Source: Yuukianura sp. NJ FZ-2021 | Taxonomy: Eukaryota | DNA length: 64,000 nucleotides | Direction of reading: 5' to 3' | Assembly: GCA_046563655.1 (NCBI GenBank) | Contig: CM102289.1 | Span: forward strand, 2,418,001 to 2,482,000 | Part shown: positions 27,488 to 40,274 of the stretch, piece by piece | Position numbering within the stretch: the first letter of the stretch is position 1 | Layout of the letters: each line of letters opens with the position of its first letter | The notes under the pieces: generated by a model | Seen by the model: only the letters and a program-made list of their open reading frames with translations | Told to the model about the DNA's origin: nothing | Databases searched by the model: none | Made by a program: the position numbers and the translations under genes

Positions 27488-27937
27488 CTTACAATGGAAC
27501 TGGAATAAGTATTAGGTGTAGAAGAATGACAAGTACTATAGGTACAAAAAGACGAAAGCCATCTATCCCGATCCCCCGGGTGACACTTATCCTCGGAAAG
27601 TGTGTGTACCTTGACTCAATATTTCGTAAATCGTACTAAAGTAATTTTGTTATACGCAAGCGATTAAAAGAATGTGGTCTCATCGTGGGATTTAAATGAT
27701 TAAACATTGAAAATTAACTAACTTACTAATTATAAACTATTAACGATTATCTCTGAAAGATGTTTTAGAATGTATGCAAATGTCAAAAAATCATCTGAAA
27801 ATGTGCCAGAATAATCAGTGACGAGACTGGCTTCATTTTAGAAGGAAAATATTGCCTATCAGTTACGTAAATTATGGCAGTATAGTTTATGTTATGACAA
27901 TGCATGTATAACTTGGCAGTACATTATGAACTGTATT

Positions 27938-30553
27938 CTACACCATACCAACAGCTTGGTAAAATTGGTCACAAAATTTCATTCTCTTGAACAGAATGAC
28001 TTTGTTGTGTTCGTAGTCATTGTTCTTGATATACATCCAATTCAAGTCCCTGGACACGATTTGACCTTGATCCACTGGCAACCAATATTTCCTTCCCGGT
28101 TCATGATTTGGATCTCTAACATAATATTATGTTTATGTATATAAAATTTAAGAACTGATGTATAGAAATTCATTGAGATAAAACATGGCATACCCGAATT
28201 TAGCAAAGTTTGTGTACATTCTAATTAGTCGTTGAGAAGCAATCAGTGTATCGGATCCATTAGAAATCGTTGGATACGTCGGAGAATTGAACACGTATTG
28301 AAGATCATCACGATGAGCCATGCCTTTAGACCAAAAATTTGTTGGAAGTAGCCTGATATTCATCGTGACCTCGGAATATAAATTTGACCTTTGACCTTAC
28401 ACCTTACCTAAAGTTGGATACCCCAAAGCATTAATGCTGGACCAAGTTCCTCTTATGTCCAATATAGCTGCATAAGTTGTAGCATGAACGGCATGCATTA
28501 TTGCCAATTCTCTAGTACCGAAGATGAACACAGTATCGGAGAATGAGTTAGTAAAATTATGAAAACTGTCTTTGGTCAAAATTGGATGTTTGTTGCTGAA
28601 GTAGAACATGAGGAAATCTTCTGAAATCCGTTTTCTTGATGTTTCGGGCAAATGGTCATAGTTGTACATATGCGGAGCTGCGTCGTACCAGTGGTTGTTA
28701 ATTTCTGCGATATACTGCGGATTTTTCATAATTTCTAAAAAAAAAACATGATAGTTAAAAGTACGTTGCACATAAATTTTCAAATTACTATATATGTAAG
28801 AATTTGACCGGCAGATTTAAAGGCAAGTCCTTCTTCTGCGTTGGCTGTAACAAGGAGTGGAATTTTGGCAAAATTTCCGGCAGAGTACAATACACGGGGA
28901 GATTCTGTTAGAAATGCGTTTGGGGTGCCTTTAGCCTCTATCACTGGTACGAGCCATGGATTATGTAGTGGGTTTTTGTCCTAACATTGTTTAAAAGTCA
29001 AAAGAGTTGTGTTCGAAATATGTATTGGAACAATGAAATTAATGTATTTTTGAATGTTGAACGTTACCGCCTGTGTAGCACGACAAATGTCCAGCACGTT
29101 ACGAGTTTTCATGAAATTTTTAATTTCTTCACTAGACAAGGTTATACCGTTCAGTAATTTCGCAAGATCTGCTGCATTCCTTTTAGGATCTTCCTGGAAC
29201 ACCCATTCGTCAAAACATGTTCCACTGCTGCAAATGGCTTTTTGAAAAAGTCCGCGCGATAAAGGCGAAACCAAATGTAAAGAAACCGCTACTCCTCCAG
29301 CACCTTCTCCATACAGAGTAACGTTTTTTGCATTCCCGCCAAAAACTAGAATATGTTTCTGAACCCATTGCAATGCCAAATTCTGGTCCTTGAGTCCTAG
29401 ATTTCCAGGCAATACTTCATCTCCGGTACTCAAAAACCCTAAATTTTGCAAAATTGAAAATTTTAGAAACTCCTATTTTTCGAAACGCGTTTAAGCTTTT
29501 TTAACTTGTTTACCTAAAGCACCCAATCGGTAGTTGAACGTAACAAGAATAACATCTTCGTCCATTAGGTAATCTGCACCATATTGATCCGAACTACCAA
29601 ACTGAAACCTTTAATAGCATTACAAATGAAAAACATAGTATTAGTATTAAGTTTTTAGTCAAAACTTAATAGTTAAATATTTAGTACAGTGCAAGGTAAT
29701 AAAATCGTAAGCATACCGTTCACCATGAATGTAAACCAGTACGGGTAGACCTACCTTTACCTAAGTAAAAAAAGGTGGCAAAGTGTTGTCTAACAATTTG
29801 AAATTTGATAGTTTGCGTCGTACCTCCGTCGGTTTAGACCAAACGTAGCTTAGCATCTTTTTCCCAAGTCGTCTACTGATTGATTCGTACCCCGTAGGCA
29901 ACACTGAACTAAAATGCTGTCAAAGTATACGTTATTCAAACCATGAAACATTGACAATGTTGTACTATATCGCAAATATGTCCCTGTTCGGTTGTAATAT
30001 TGAAATATCTCCTACTACTCGAACTATGGTTTCCAAATATATCATATTGCTAAGCTTACTTCAGCAGGGATGAAAACGTTGATAGTGAGACAGTGTTCTT
30101 CAGAACCCACAGTAGTTCTAAGAATCCTATCCCATTGAAGACATGCGGGTCCAAACCTAGAAGCATCTCGTATCCCCGTCCAAGGAGTGGCAGGTTTGGC
30201 GAGCTAAAAAACGATGTTCAAAAACAGTGTTTGCATGCAGGTATAATGCGGAAGTAAACTTTATCTATCATTTATACACATTTTTTATATATAACTCATA
30301 CAAAAAGATGTCAACAATATTTTTATATTAATAGCAAATATTTTGAAAACTAGGAAACTAATCGGAAAGATTCGTCTAATCCCATGCACTAAGCATGCGC
30401 ACTTACTTCAAACCTTTCCGGTGGATCCGCATACGGGATACCCAGGAATGCTGCATAGGATTTCCCATTACGTGACACAAGATACACTCCTTCCAAACCG
30501 CCACCTTCAAGTGTAAGGAACGGCCTTGGGCTAACGTCTTCCTTAGCAGCCAT
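27938..30553 (-). CDS. Type-B carboxylesterase family protein, predicted non-catalytic
   Basis: Multi-exon ORF with FLGIPYADPP, SEEHCLTINVFIP, VTFNYRLGALGFLSTGD, GNLGLKDQNLALQWV, NAEEG and GMAHRDDL. The nucleophile elbow reads GEGAGG and the oxyanion loop reads HGERF. Confidence 0.9.
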
Positions 30554-31619
30554 TCCGCTTCCGGGCCAAAATTCGACTAAAAGTGTGTGTTGCTAACTTA
30601 AATTCTGAATTTGATTTGTGAGTCGATCAAATGGAAGGTGACTTTGGTTTTAGTTTTCCAAGAGCAACAGGCTCCTCTTCAAAACCGGTTTGTTTGCATA
30701 GTAAAAAAAAAGCCTTGTTTTGTGATGTTTTAAAATAACTTCTTTTTCTAAGGTCTTCTGCTTTTTGTTAATTAAAGGTCGATTTGGTACGTCCGTAAGA
30801 TGTAAAAATCTTTGATTGTTATCAAGGATGATATGGAATGATACATCAACAACGCGTGCAAAGCTAAATATTCGCACCTACTGGTTTCGAAATTAAATAT
30901 TTAACATGTAGAAAAAACTTGTGGTGCAGGTTCAAGACATGGTGAAGCGGAAAGCGTATTATACAAATTTCTGAATTAACAAGTTTCAGAAACGGCCGGA
31001 ATTTTCAACGTCATAGACAATGTACATATCCGTACGTACTGCTTGTATTTTGCCGCAAAAATCATTTTAACGAGGCTTTTGTTATGTGAAAGTTTCAGTA
31101 ATTCTCAAGCTCACAAAAATCCCCCAAAATATTGATTAAAAAATGTGTTAAAAAATTTCCCAAATATTTACTTATTTAACAATAAGGGCATAGGCAAGTA
31201 TATAAATATTTAGTAAACAAAATCCCGGAAATATTTTTTTTATTAATATGGAGACTAAATATTTTTGGCATCCCTGTTAATAACACTGCACTTTCCTTCC
31301 ATAACAATTTCATTCTTTCTTATCGGTTTGGAACGAGGACAATTGCCAAACACCACACCGTCTGTCACTGTTTACTAATTAAAAGTTACCTCTCTTATCT
31401 CATCACTGCGGTCTACCAATGATAGGCTATCATATTTTGCGCAATCACACGAGTCGTGTAAACGTAAAGAAAGCTACTAATAAAATTTAGCAGCTGTTTT
31501 GAGAGTAAAAAGTGTAGCCTGATTTTCTTTTCGGGGAAAGTAAGGTTCCATGTTAGTTTGTGAAACTAATTTCTAAAAAGTGTTTAAAGCCTTTGTTTTA
31601 AGCCATTTAAAAAGAAAAG

Positions 31620-33138
31620 ATGGACGAGGTTGAAGTTTGTCAAGTCATTTTACAAAATTCCATTAAGTTGGAACTACTTTTGAGAAAAGGAACCGAATGC
31701 CTGCGCGAAATGTTTAAAAAAGAAGTGGAGGCAGCTACAAAGCATCCATGGGGAAACTCGTATTCAGATGGACACAAGTTTCTTGACGTGCATGAAGAAA
31801 CGTTACGACAAAAGTACAACTGGACTACACACTTTCCGCAGTACAATAAACTGTCAAGTGGAAAAGTTGACGAATGGGACATGGCTCTATTAATTAAACT
31901 AATTAAACTTTTCCCCTCAACACTTCCAAATATTTCTACAATTCAGAGAGACAATTACTTAGACATTTTGGCCAAAGAGAGAAATCATTTAGCACATCTT
32001 GGAAAGGAAGACATTCCTTTTTATGAATTTCAACAAAGATGGAAGAGAATCGTTTCAATCTTTGTTAAATTTGGAGTTTCCGCTGAACAATTGAAAAAAA
32101 AAGTTGTTCTAGGAATTGTTGAAACCAAAACCAACAGAGTGAATGAGCAACCTCGTCAAACTACAGAAACAGAGAAATTGACAAACTACAGAAACAGTAT
32201 AAGGTTAAGTTTAAAAAAAGCTATTTATTTAAAAAAAAATGGCACATTGACAAAGTTTTTCGGAGTTTTGTGGTGAAAATTGTTTGTTTTAACTTTTTAG
32301 TACCAAAACGGCAGTGGATGACCATACTACGACTCTCAGAGCGTTGAAGGACACTTGTAAAATGTGCTTCCAGCACAAATTATACGATACTGCAATTCGC
32401 AAGTACACCGAGGCGATTAGCATTCCTGAGCTCCGTTCTAGCGATGTGGCGTCACTTTACTTAGACCGTGCCATTTGTTATGTCAAGTTGAAATATTTTG
32501 GCGCTGCTAAACACGATGCCAAGTTGGCAGTGTCGCTTCAGCCGTCGTCAGCCGGTTATTGTACACTGGCAGTAGCCTATGTTGGTTTATCCAAACTTAG
32601 TAGAGCCCTTGAGAACTACGAAGAAGCCCTCAAGCTAAATCCAGAAAACACACAAATCCGACAGCATCGGGATGAAACCAAATTCCAGCTGCATTTGCAT
32701 TTGCGTGAACTTGCAGCAGCTGAGGCTCCAAGACATGGAACTGATCCAACTGTTCTCGAAGCATACGCTGCTGATGAATCGATACTACGGGAAGCTACGG
32801 CAATAACATTCAGGGAAAACCAAGGGACACACCATCATCAAGAGACTGATATTGAAGAAGCTTTCAACCTCAATCCAGAAAACAGTCAAACCCAACAGCA
32901 CCACGATGAAACAAAATTCTTTTTGCATGCGCATTTGCATAAACTAGCAGCAATTGAGGCAGCACAGCGTGCAACTGTTGAAATTCTTCCCGCAGCATAT
33001 GCTCCTGAATCGCGAGTACGGGAGGCTACGGTAATAACAGTCAGAGAAAACCAAGAGACACACGGACACCACCATCAACAGATTGATGAAGAAGCTTCTG
33101 TGGAATACCGCAAAGCTAGATGTTGTCTAATCTTATGA
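31620..33138 (+). CDS. HEPN (DZIP3-like) + TPR protein with a 78-aa internal duplication and C-terminal CaaX (473 aa, 2 exons)
   Basis: A GT-AG intron at 32204-32300 joins the two ORFs in frame. The N-terminal domain has SGKVDEWDMALLIKL and ERNHLAH (RxxxxH). TPR helices: AIRKYTEAI, LYLDRAICYVKL, ALENYEEALKLNPEN. The protein ends in RCCLIL*. Confidence 0.8.
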
Positions 33139-34196
33139 AGGAGTATAACCTGCGTAGATGCGTCATTGAATAAGAGCTTCTGATCAGTGTGCTAATTTTT
33201 CCGTTATAATCTTGGACAATTTTTTCTTATTAATATACACTTCATTTTCATAAATCATGCAGCCAAGATAAAACCTAATAATAAATCACTTGAGTGAAAA
33301 AAACAATAACATGCTAATTCCTAAAAATCATGTTGTTTTGCTTTGCTTTAATGATTTTAAGGAATTTAATTTTATGAATTTGCTTTAATTTTTAATTACA
33401 TTATGTATTACATGAAGCAATTTACATCTCACTCCAGTTACAATGTACGTTTCAATTACGGTCTAGAGCTGCATTCTTTTATTGATTTTGGTCTTAGCAA
33501 GCAGACTTATGATCAAAACCGTCTCGTCAGCGATTTCCCATTGTCTCGGTTCTTAAGAAGTCTTAACACAAGAGTACTTTATGAAAATCGATTGTCTGTC
33601 TGTCCGCCCCAAGTGTATCTCTGGAAAACTCAACTTCATACGTATTTAATTTAATGGTATCTCTCAATAGATTTTGTATCTCTGCTAAGCTTTTGCTTGG
33701 CTAATTCCCTTCTAGTACTTCGGGAAAGTTGTAAAAACATTTAACTCTGTTAGGCAAGAATATTCAAAATGCACAAATTTATGAAAATTGTTAGATGAAG
33801 AAGATTTTTTGCTCCGTGATAAAGTCGATCAGTTTCAGGACTTTACTTTCTTAGCATTTTTTCATGCGAGTTACAGGAAGTTGTAATTTATGTGTTTTTT
33901 ACTGGGAGCTGGATACTTTAGAACAACGTTTGTGTAAAGAACGTTTTATTGCAGTTCGAAGCTAATGACTTATAAAGGGCAACTCTTTTAGTGGCTTGGG
34001 GGATTTTGTCTTAACGCCAGCAACTAAAAACGTTTTTCTAACTATGATCAGGCCACGTCACTCTCCAATTAAACTTCTAATTGAAGTTCCAACACAAGAT
34101 TTCACTCATTCGTCGTTCAACACTTCAACATCAGACAACTTCTAAAAAATTTTTGAAAACTAAAAAAAAACGAAAGTTTGCTCATCCGATTCCAAA

Positions 34197-35059
34197 ATGG
34201 CACTGAAGGGACCCATTGTTGTGATAGTAGTTGAATGGGTACGTTTTTTTAATTTTTCGCAGTTCTACTGAAAGCTATAATTTGTTACAATTTTTAAGAA
34301 ATTTTCTTCAAACTTATTTTGAACAATTTTATTAAAACAATTCTTCTGATAAAAATTGTGAATATTGCTACTTTAGTTATTAATTACCAAAAATGTGTCC
34401 ATTTTAGGAATGTTTTAATGATTTGTGTTCTTGCTTAAGGTTTTGTTCTTCATCACGATTGCTGTTGGAATTGGGGCATTGTCTTTTTACATGGTGGACA
34501 AAGACCATGACGCAGTGTTTCTCGTCATCAGCATCATATTTGGTGTATTAAGTTTGCTTCATCTAGCACTCAATTTGCTTCTTACAATTGGCTACAAACA
34601 GGTAATACTTTTTTTTTTCAATATAATAAAAAAACATTCCAAATTAAAAGAAATTGACCGCAACCGAAAACAAAGTATCTCTTGCGTCAAATTTCTGAAT
34701 TCCTTGAAATTTGAAGCCAAAGCATATTGTTTTGTTTGCCCAAAACAATTTTAGCCTCAGGAAATAATTCTGTTTAAACAATTTTCAAATTTTTAACGAA
34801 AATTTTTTACTTGGATTTGCAGGATTCGGTTCAGAAGTTGAAAGTCTGGGTAATAATTTCTACTGGATTTGCTATTGTTAATGTGCTGGCTTCCATCCGA
34901 CTGCTCTTTATCCACCCATTGGCTGGAATGAAGGGTTTCTTATTCTGCTTGTACCGGTTTCGCACTATTCACATTATTACGGAACACTACGAGCGACTAC
35001 TCTCCGATGTCAGTGACACTGAAATCCTAGTTGTTGAGCCTAAGAATGAAGAACCGTAA
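34197..35059 (+). CDS. Small four-TM membrane protein of unknown function (146 aa, 3 exons)
   Basis: Exons 34197-34238, 34440-34601 and 34823-35059 join in phase 0. Several hydrophobic stretches and an acidic tail. Confidence 0.65.
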
Positions 35060-35639
35060 TTCCAAAACGAATCTTACATTTAGTAAACATTGCACTTATC
35101 TACATTTTACTTTAACTGCCAAACTAATTTGTACTTTACTGCTCTTAAATTCCAAGATTTTGTCTTGTTATGCGTTACAATGTTTGCTTCCTTTGAGAGT
35201 TCCAAAAACCAAAAAGTTTTACTGAGAGTAAACTATTATGTATAATGAAAATTATTAAATTGGTTTATACCACTTACATTCCATGTCCAATCGTACTCAG
35301 TTTCCAGCACAATCATTAATGGTTTGTCGGCTAATTTTTTCTATGAAAGTCGGCGCGTTAATTTGTTATTGTTTCAAACCTAACCTAACTTAATTCTGAG
35401 AAATGTCGACAAATTTGTCAAGTCCAGGAAGTCCTAAAAGCTCTAAAAAACACGCTTTTACTCACTTATCCGATGTTTTCTTGTAAAAGAGAAAACCTAT
35501 TTCAAGAAGCGAATCACAATTTGCTATTGTCTTCTGGCGAATAAAGTGTCAGAAGGCCACGCACTTTCATTTCAGTAAAAAAAGAGAATCGCTTAATTAT
35601 TTCTCTGTAGCAGTAGCTTTTAACTGCAAAGTACGGAAG

Positions 35640-36989
35640 ATGGAGACAATCAAAAAGTACATCCATATTGTACTTATTAAAATAGCGTTTTTAAGTATCG
35701 CTGGATTCTACGGTTTCATCGTTGCCCTCAAGTTCTTGTACTTCAGAATCAGGTTCGGACCGAAGTTCTTTTGTGTCAAGGAGCGAACACTTCCACCGGC
35801 ATGTTTACAGGATCCGGCATTTAAGCACTCGCACATTAATGTTAAAGTCAGTCAACCAACTTCCTCATCATTTCACACTTCAATTAGCTTCTTTCAAAAA
35901 ATGAATATTTTGGAACTATTTGTGTCTATAAATTCCATTTTAGGATGTAAAACTCCACATGGTTGAGGCTGGAGAACGATCGAAGCAGCTAATGCTGTTT
36001 GTCCATGGATTCCCAGGATTTTGGTTTAGCTGGAGACATCAGTTGAAGCATTTTTCTAAGGACTATTGGGTTGTGGCCTTTGACATGAGAGGCTATGGAG
36101 ACTCTGATAAGCCAAAACGAGTTTCCAGTTACAACCGCCAGAATTTAGTCGGTGACGTTGTCACCTTAGTCAAAGCATTGGGCAAGAAAAATTGTATTTT
36201 GGTGGGGCATGACTGGGGTGGAGTTATAGGTTGGTATACTGCAGCGGCATCTTCAACCACCTCAGTTGTAGACAAACTTATCATCCTCAATGCACCGCAT
36301 CCGAAAGCATTTAAGAAAAAATTCCACAGCAGCTGGAAACAGTTTTTCAAATCATGGTAACATACAAAACGAAATGTTTCGCCTATATTAAAATTAAATC
36401 AAAACATAAATAACTTTTTAACTCGAATTTCTAAATTCAAGGTACACGTTTTTCTTTCAATTGCCAATATTGCCAGAGATCTTTGGTTTGCGGAATGATC
36501 TAGAGATATTCGACAAGGTTTTAGTTAAAAGTGATGGATCACATATTGAAACGGATGTACTGGAAGCTTATAAGTACACCTTCTCGACATTTGGTATAAT
36601 GGAATGACCTTTAAAACTTATGTCGTTTCCTTCGTTTCGTTTCGTTTAATTTAAACAAAATTGGAATATTATGAACGTATCGGACATATTATTCTGTTTA
36701 TCTTACAGAGAGTTGGACACCTCCATTGAATTTCTACAGAGCGAACTTGATGGCAACCGAGGTGTATAAGTATAACCAAGAAATTTTGAAAATGCCAAAG
36801 ATTGAACAGCCAACTTTAGTTATTTGGGGTGAGAACGATGTGAAATTGGAACCGGATTTTCCAGAACGATCAGTAGCTTACTGCACTGGAGTGACTGAAA
36901 TTTGTCGAATCAATAATGGTAATCATTTTATTCAAACGGATCGTCCAGAAGAAGTTAACGCTGCTATTGATAAGTTCTTAAAAGTCTAG
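35640..36989 (+). CDS. Epoxide hydrolase 4-like alpha/beta hydrolase
   Basis: N-terminal membrane anchor, then HGFPGFWFSWRHQL, DMRGYGDSDKP, nucleophile GHDWGG, NAPHP, NFYRAN, WGEND and catalytic His in GNHFIQTDRPEEVN. At least four exons. Confidence 0.9.
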
Positions 36990-37486
36990 ATCTAACCACA
37001 AAGGATTACTTAGTTGATAATAATTAACGATAAGTAATCTGCTGAAATTGGTTTTCCATTAAAACAGCTACTTTCATTGACCAGAAGTCAAAATAGTGCT
37101 GATAATTGCCTCCTACAATCTAATAAAATTTCAGCAAATTTGAAACTTCAAATAACTTTGAAAACGGAATCGCATTTTAGGAAAGAAGAATTTTTAGTTG
37201 CAAAGTTTTAGTTATATTTGTAAACTACTTGGATGGAAATGGAGAATGGATGGAGGGGATGGACAAAAATTTGGCTATAAAAGGTAACCACTTATCTTTT
37301 CTATCGATGGTTATCTAAAGATAACCACAAAAGATAATCACTTGGTTATGGAATGCATTTGTTTTAATTCAAAATTGAATGAACAAAACACGAAAGTGCT
37401 AATTCTTATTAATATAATCCAAGCATATTTAATTATCGATTTTAATTGTTGCAGTATCGAATGGCCGAGTACCGCTTGTATTACAT

Positions 37487-38601
37487 TTAGCACTTGTCAT
37501 TGCTGTACTCCAAGGTTTTGAAAACGAGTTGTCCATCTTTGTCTGCCAATTTTGGATTTTCGAATCCAACCTCTTTAAAGTGTTTCAACATCTTCTTCTT
37601 GAATTTCTTATCACCTGACATGTCTTCGACCGTTGCAACCCAGAAAAATTGGTTTTCCCCAAATATGCAAGTGGTTCCTGCCATGTACGTCTTGTTGTCC
37701 GTCTTCGTCAAAACCATGTCACCAGCAACTACAAGGATGCAGAATTCGTTCTTTAGACTTTCGTGAGGTTGGGCTGCTGGTAGAGCTTACAATATAATAT
37801 TTAGTAATACATGTAGGAATCCCAATTTCTTACGTAATCTGTTTTTTGATTTCCCTGGAAAGAGTATACAACCTCCTTGTCCAGTGACTGAGTAAGTACA
37901 TTCGATGTCAGCAGTAAAGGGCTTCTTGTCCATGTCACCACTTATCTTGTAGCACATACGGTGTGGAGGAGCCGTTCGACCGGAAAATGGTCTCCACTGT
38001 TCATCACCATTCTCACAGTTGGTACAGTCTGAGTGAAATGGAATGTGGAATTTCCCATGTCTAAGCTATAAAAATGGAAATAAGAGTTTTTACAAACCTT
38101 TTCTTTTAAAATTTTCAAGAATACTAAAAATTTACGATTAAGAAATGTAGTACAGAAGACATTGAATTATAGCAACTTTTTTTTTATGACTTTCCATCCC
38201 AGGCGGGATGTACATAATTCATAGTTAATAAGTTTGGAGGGAATAGTTTCCGATGGTTTTTCTCTTAATCACAACGATCGTTCAGAATATTTGCAAATTT
38301 TGATAAAAAAAAATTATGAGGAAAACGTCTATCCAAAGAAGTGTCTTCTTGGTGTTCTTTTTGAACCGTTATGGTAAGAGCGTCCTTTAAATTCTACAAA
38401 CACACACTCGCAGCTAGTTGCTATAACCCAACGTTTTCTGTAACAGGATTCTAAGGTACTAAGGTAAAGTGAAGAAAATTGTAACTATCTTACAAACTCT
38501 TCCGAGACTAAACTGTATTTCTTGGGTATTATACAATCCTTCACTCCGTCACTCCATGGCAATACTACGGCCAACAGGCCTAGCGCAAGTGCAAACTTCA
38601 T
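37487..38601 (-). CDS. Secreted cysteine-containing protein, lipocalin-like (199 aa, 3 exons)
   Basis: Exons 38601-38494, 38065-37873 and 37785-37487 join in frame. Signal peptide MKFALALGLLAVVLPWSDG, a TDY-like motif LTKTDNKTYM, an amphipathic helix ending in GF, and a terminal Cys. Confidence 0.7.
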
Positions 38602-38755
38602 GGTACAAATTGTTTGTTTCCGGCGGCAAGTATTTATTTTGGAGTAGAGGCACAAGATTGATGCTGAACGACAAATTCGAGCAGCCTTATATAGCCCCTT
38701 TCAAACAATAGAACAATAGGAAAGCGATATTGGACAAGGCAATCAAGGACTTTAC

Positions 38756-39100
38756 GAGGAGAGGCTTTGAGCCATATCTTAAAATAAAATATGGGACTAG
38801 ACGCAATTTTTTTTTGTTATAATTAAAAAGAATTTTTGGAAGAAATAAAAGTCCCAACGAGTGTTAAAATTTGAAAAAGTAATAACGTAATAAATAAATA
38901 AAAAATAAGTGCATAATTCACGCTAAGTCGGAAAAACAAATCTTCAAGGCGTAAATTGTCTTGGATGGGGTTACGGTCATAATTTTTTTTTTTTTGCGTT
39001 CGCAAACCAAACTAGTGCCAAAAATTCTTTTTAATTATAAAAAAAAGTTTGCCACTAATCTCATATTTTATTTTGAGATACGTCTGAAAGCCTCTCCTCA
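38756..39100. mobile_element. MITE-like element with ~85-bp imperfect inverted arms
   Basis: GAGGAGAGGCTTT...AATTAAAAAGAATTTTTGG (38756-38839) is the reverse complement of CCAAAAATTCTTTTTAATT...AAAGCCTCTCCTC (39018-39099). Confidence 0.65.
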
Positions 39101-39732
39101 TTTAGAAGATCTTAAGAGGTTAGAAAATCACAATTGACACGAGCCAATTATAAAACATACTGTCCCATACTGGAATATTTCCGCATATTTCCCCATTCCC
39201 TTGAGCGGATTAAGCGTTCGGCGTTTTCCGACAAAGAGAAAACGAAATCAAGGATTTTCGATTGTTCGAAGTCTTGACGTTTACATTAATGAAAATTGCC
39301 GTTATTAATGTCCTTTTTAAATTTGTTGACGCATTCGAATAATTACCTTGAAAATTATACTGCATATGTAAGTTTTACAATTTCATATCAAGGTTGCCTT
39401 AACAAACATTCAAGAATAATTGAATACAAAAAGAAAGCCTGTGCTTTCTCTATTATGTCGTTGCAGCGCTTCTAAAATATTAATTTAGTATTTACTTTTT
39501 AAAAGTTACTGACTTCTCTTTAGCATACAAATACTCTTTTGCATAGTTACCATACAAAATTTTTTTTTCTCACGAAACTGTTAAAACAACCAAGTCAGCA
39601 AAGCTGGCGCACTGATTTTAATTTGGCATTTGAAATTGAATTATGATGACGGAAAAAGTATGCAGCAGTTGAATGATCCAAACTGGATCATCTACAATCA
39701 AAATGAATTCTGTTAGGTTAGTTTTTATTTAA

Positions 39733-40165
39733 GCTATTTTCTAAGTTTTTCTAAAGACTAGAGGGGAAATAAGGCTTCATTTCAACAAAAATTTTGAAGC
39801 CATTTTTGGAGGAACTCGAAGGGACGAAACTGAATTTTTTTTTCGCTGTGTAAATGCTAGTTTGTAAGAATTTTAATTTTTCTTAGCTTAAGATGGGAAA
39901 TAGGGCGTTTTGCTTGGCAAAATGTTGAAGCTGAAAATGTTGACATTAGCAAGGAAAAATCATGGCGCTTAAGCCAGGTTCACACTGATCTCTGATTAAA
40001 ATAATGATTGTCTACATTAAAATTAGCGGTTGGTGTGTGAACCGGGCTTTACACAGCGAAAAAAAAACGCTTCCGTCTCTTGGGTCCCTAGGAAAATGGC
40101 TTCAAAATTTTCGTTGAAATCAAGTTTTATTTCCTCTCTAGTTTAGAGAAAACTTAGAAAATCGC
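39733..40165. mobile_element. Degenerate inverted-repeat element (~120-bp arms) with a nested 77-bp TIR element
   Basis: Arms at ~39733-39855 and ~40048-40165. The inner element AGCCAGGTTCACAC...GTGTGAACCGGGCT (39972-40048) is flanked by TTA on both sides (PIF/Harbinger-like). Confidence 0.6.
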
Positions 40166-40274
40166 CTGGATAACTCTATGGCTAGTTCACATACCAACCC
40201 CTAATTTTAATGTAAGTCATAAACAGATTTTCTTTAATTGATAACTACTGCAGTAGTTACTAATTAAAGAAAAC

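Larger units (their letters stand above)
23742..27763. repeat. Tandem duplication of a ~1.85-kb unit carrying a RING gene
   Basis: Unit 1 (~23742-25588) and unit 2 (~25610-27763) align through UTRs, introns and upstream DNA. Unit 2 is longer because of a MITE insertion. Confidence 0.9.

Noticed and set aside
27157..27515. ORFs of 95 and 89 aa with spaced CGAAC repeats (superficially CRISPR-like)
   Set aside because: These are subterminal repeats of the hAT MITE. There is no constant repeat-spacer period and no cas genes.
29822..29908. Extra exon candidate in the esterase gene
   Set aside because: It has stops in the required phase, and the flanking exons splice directly in phase 0.
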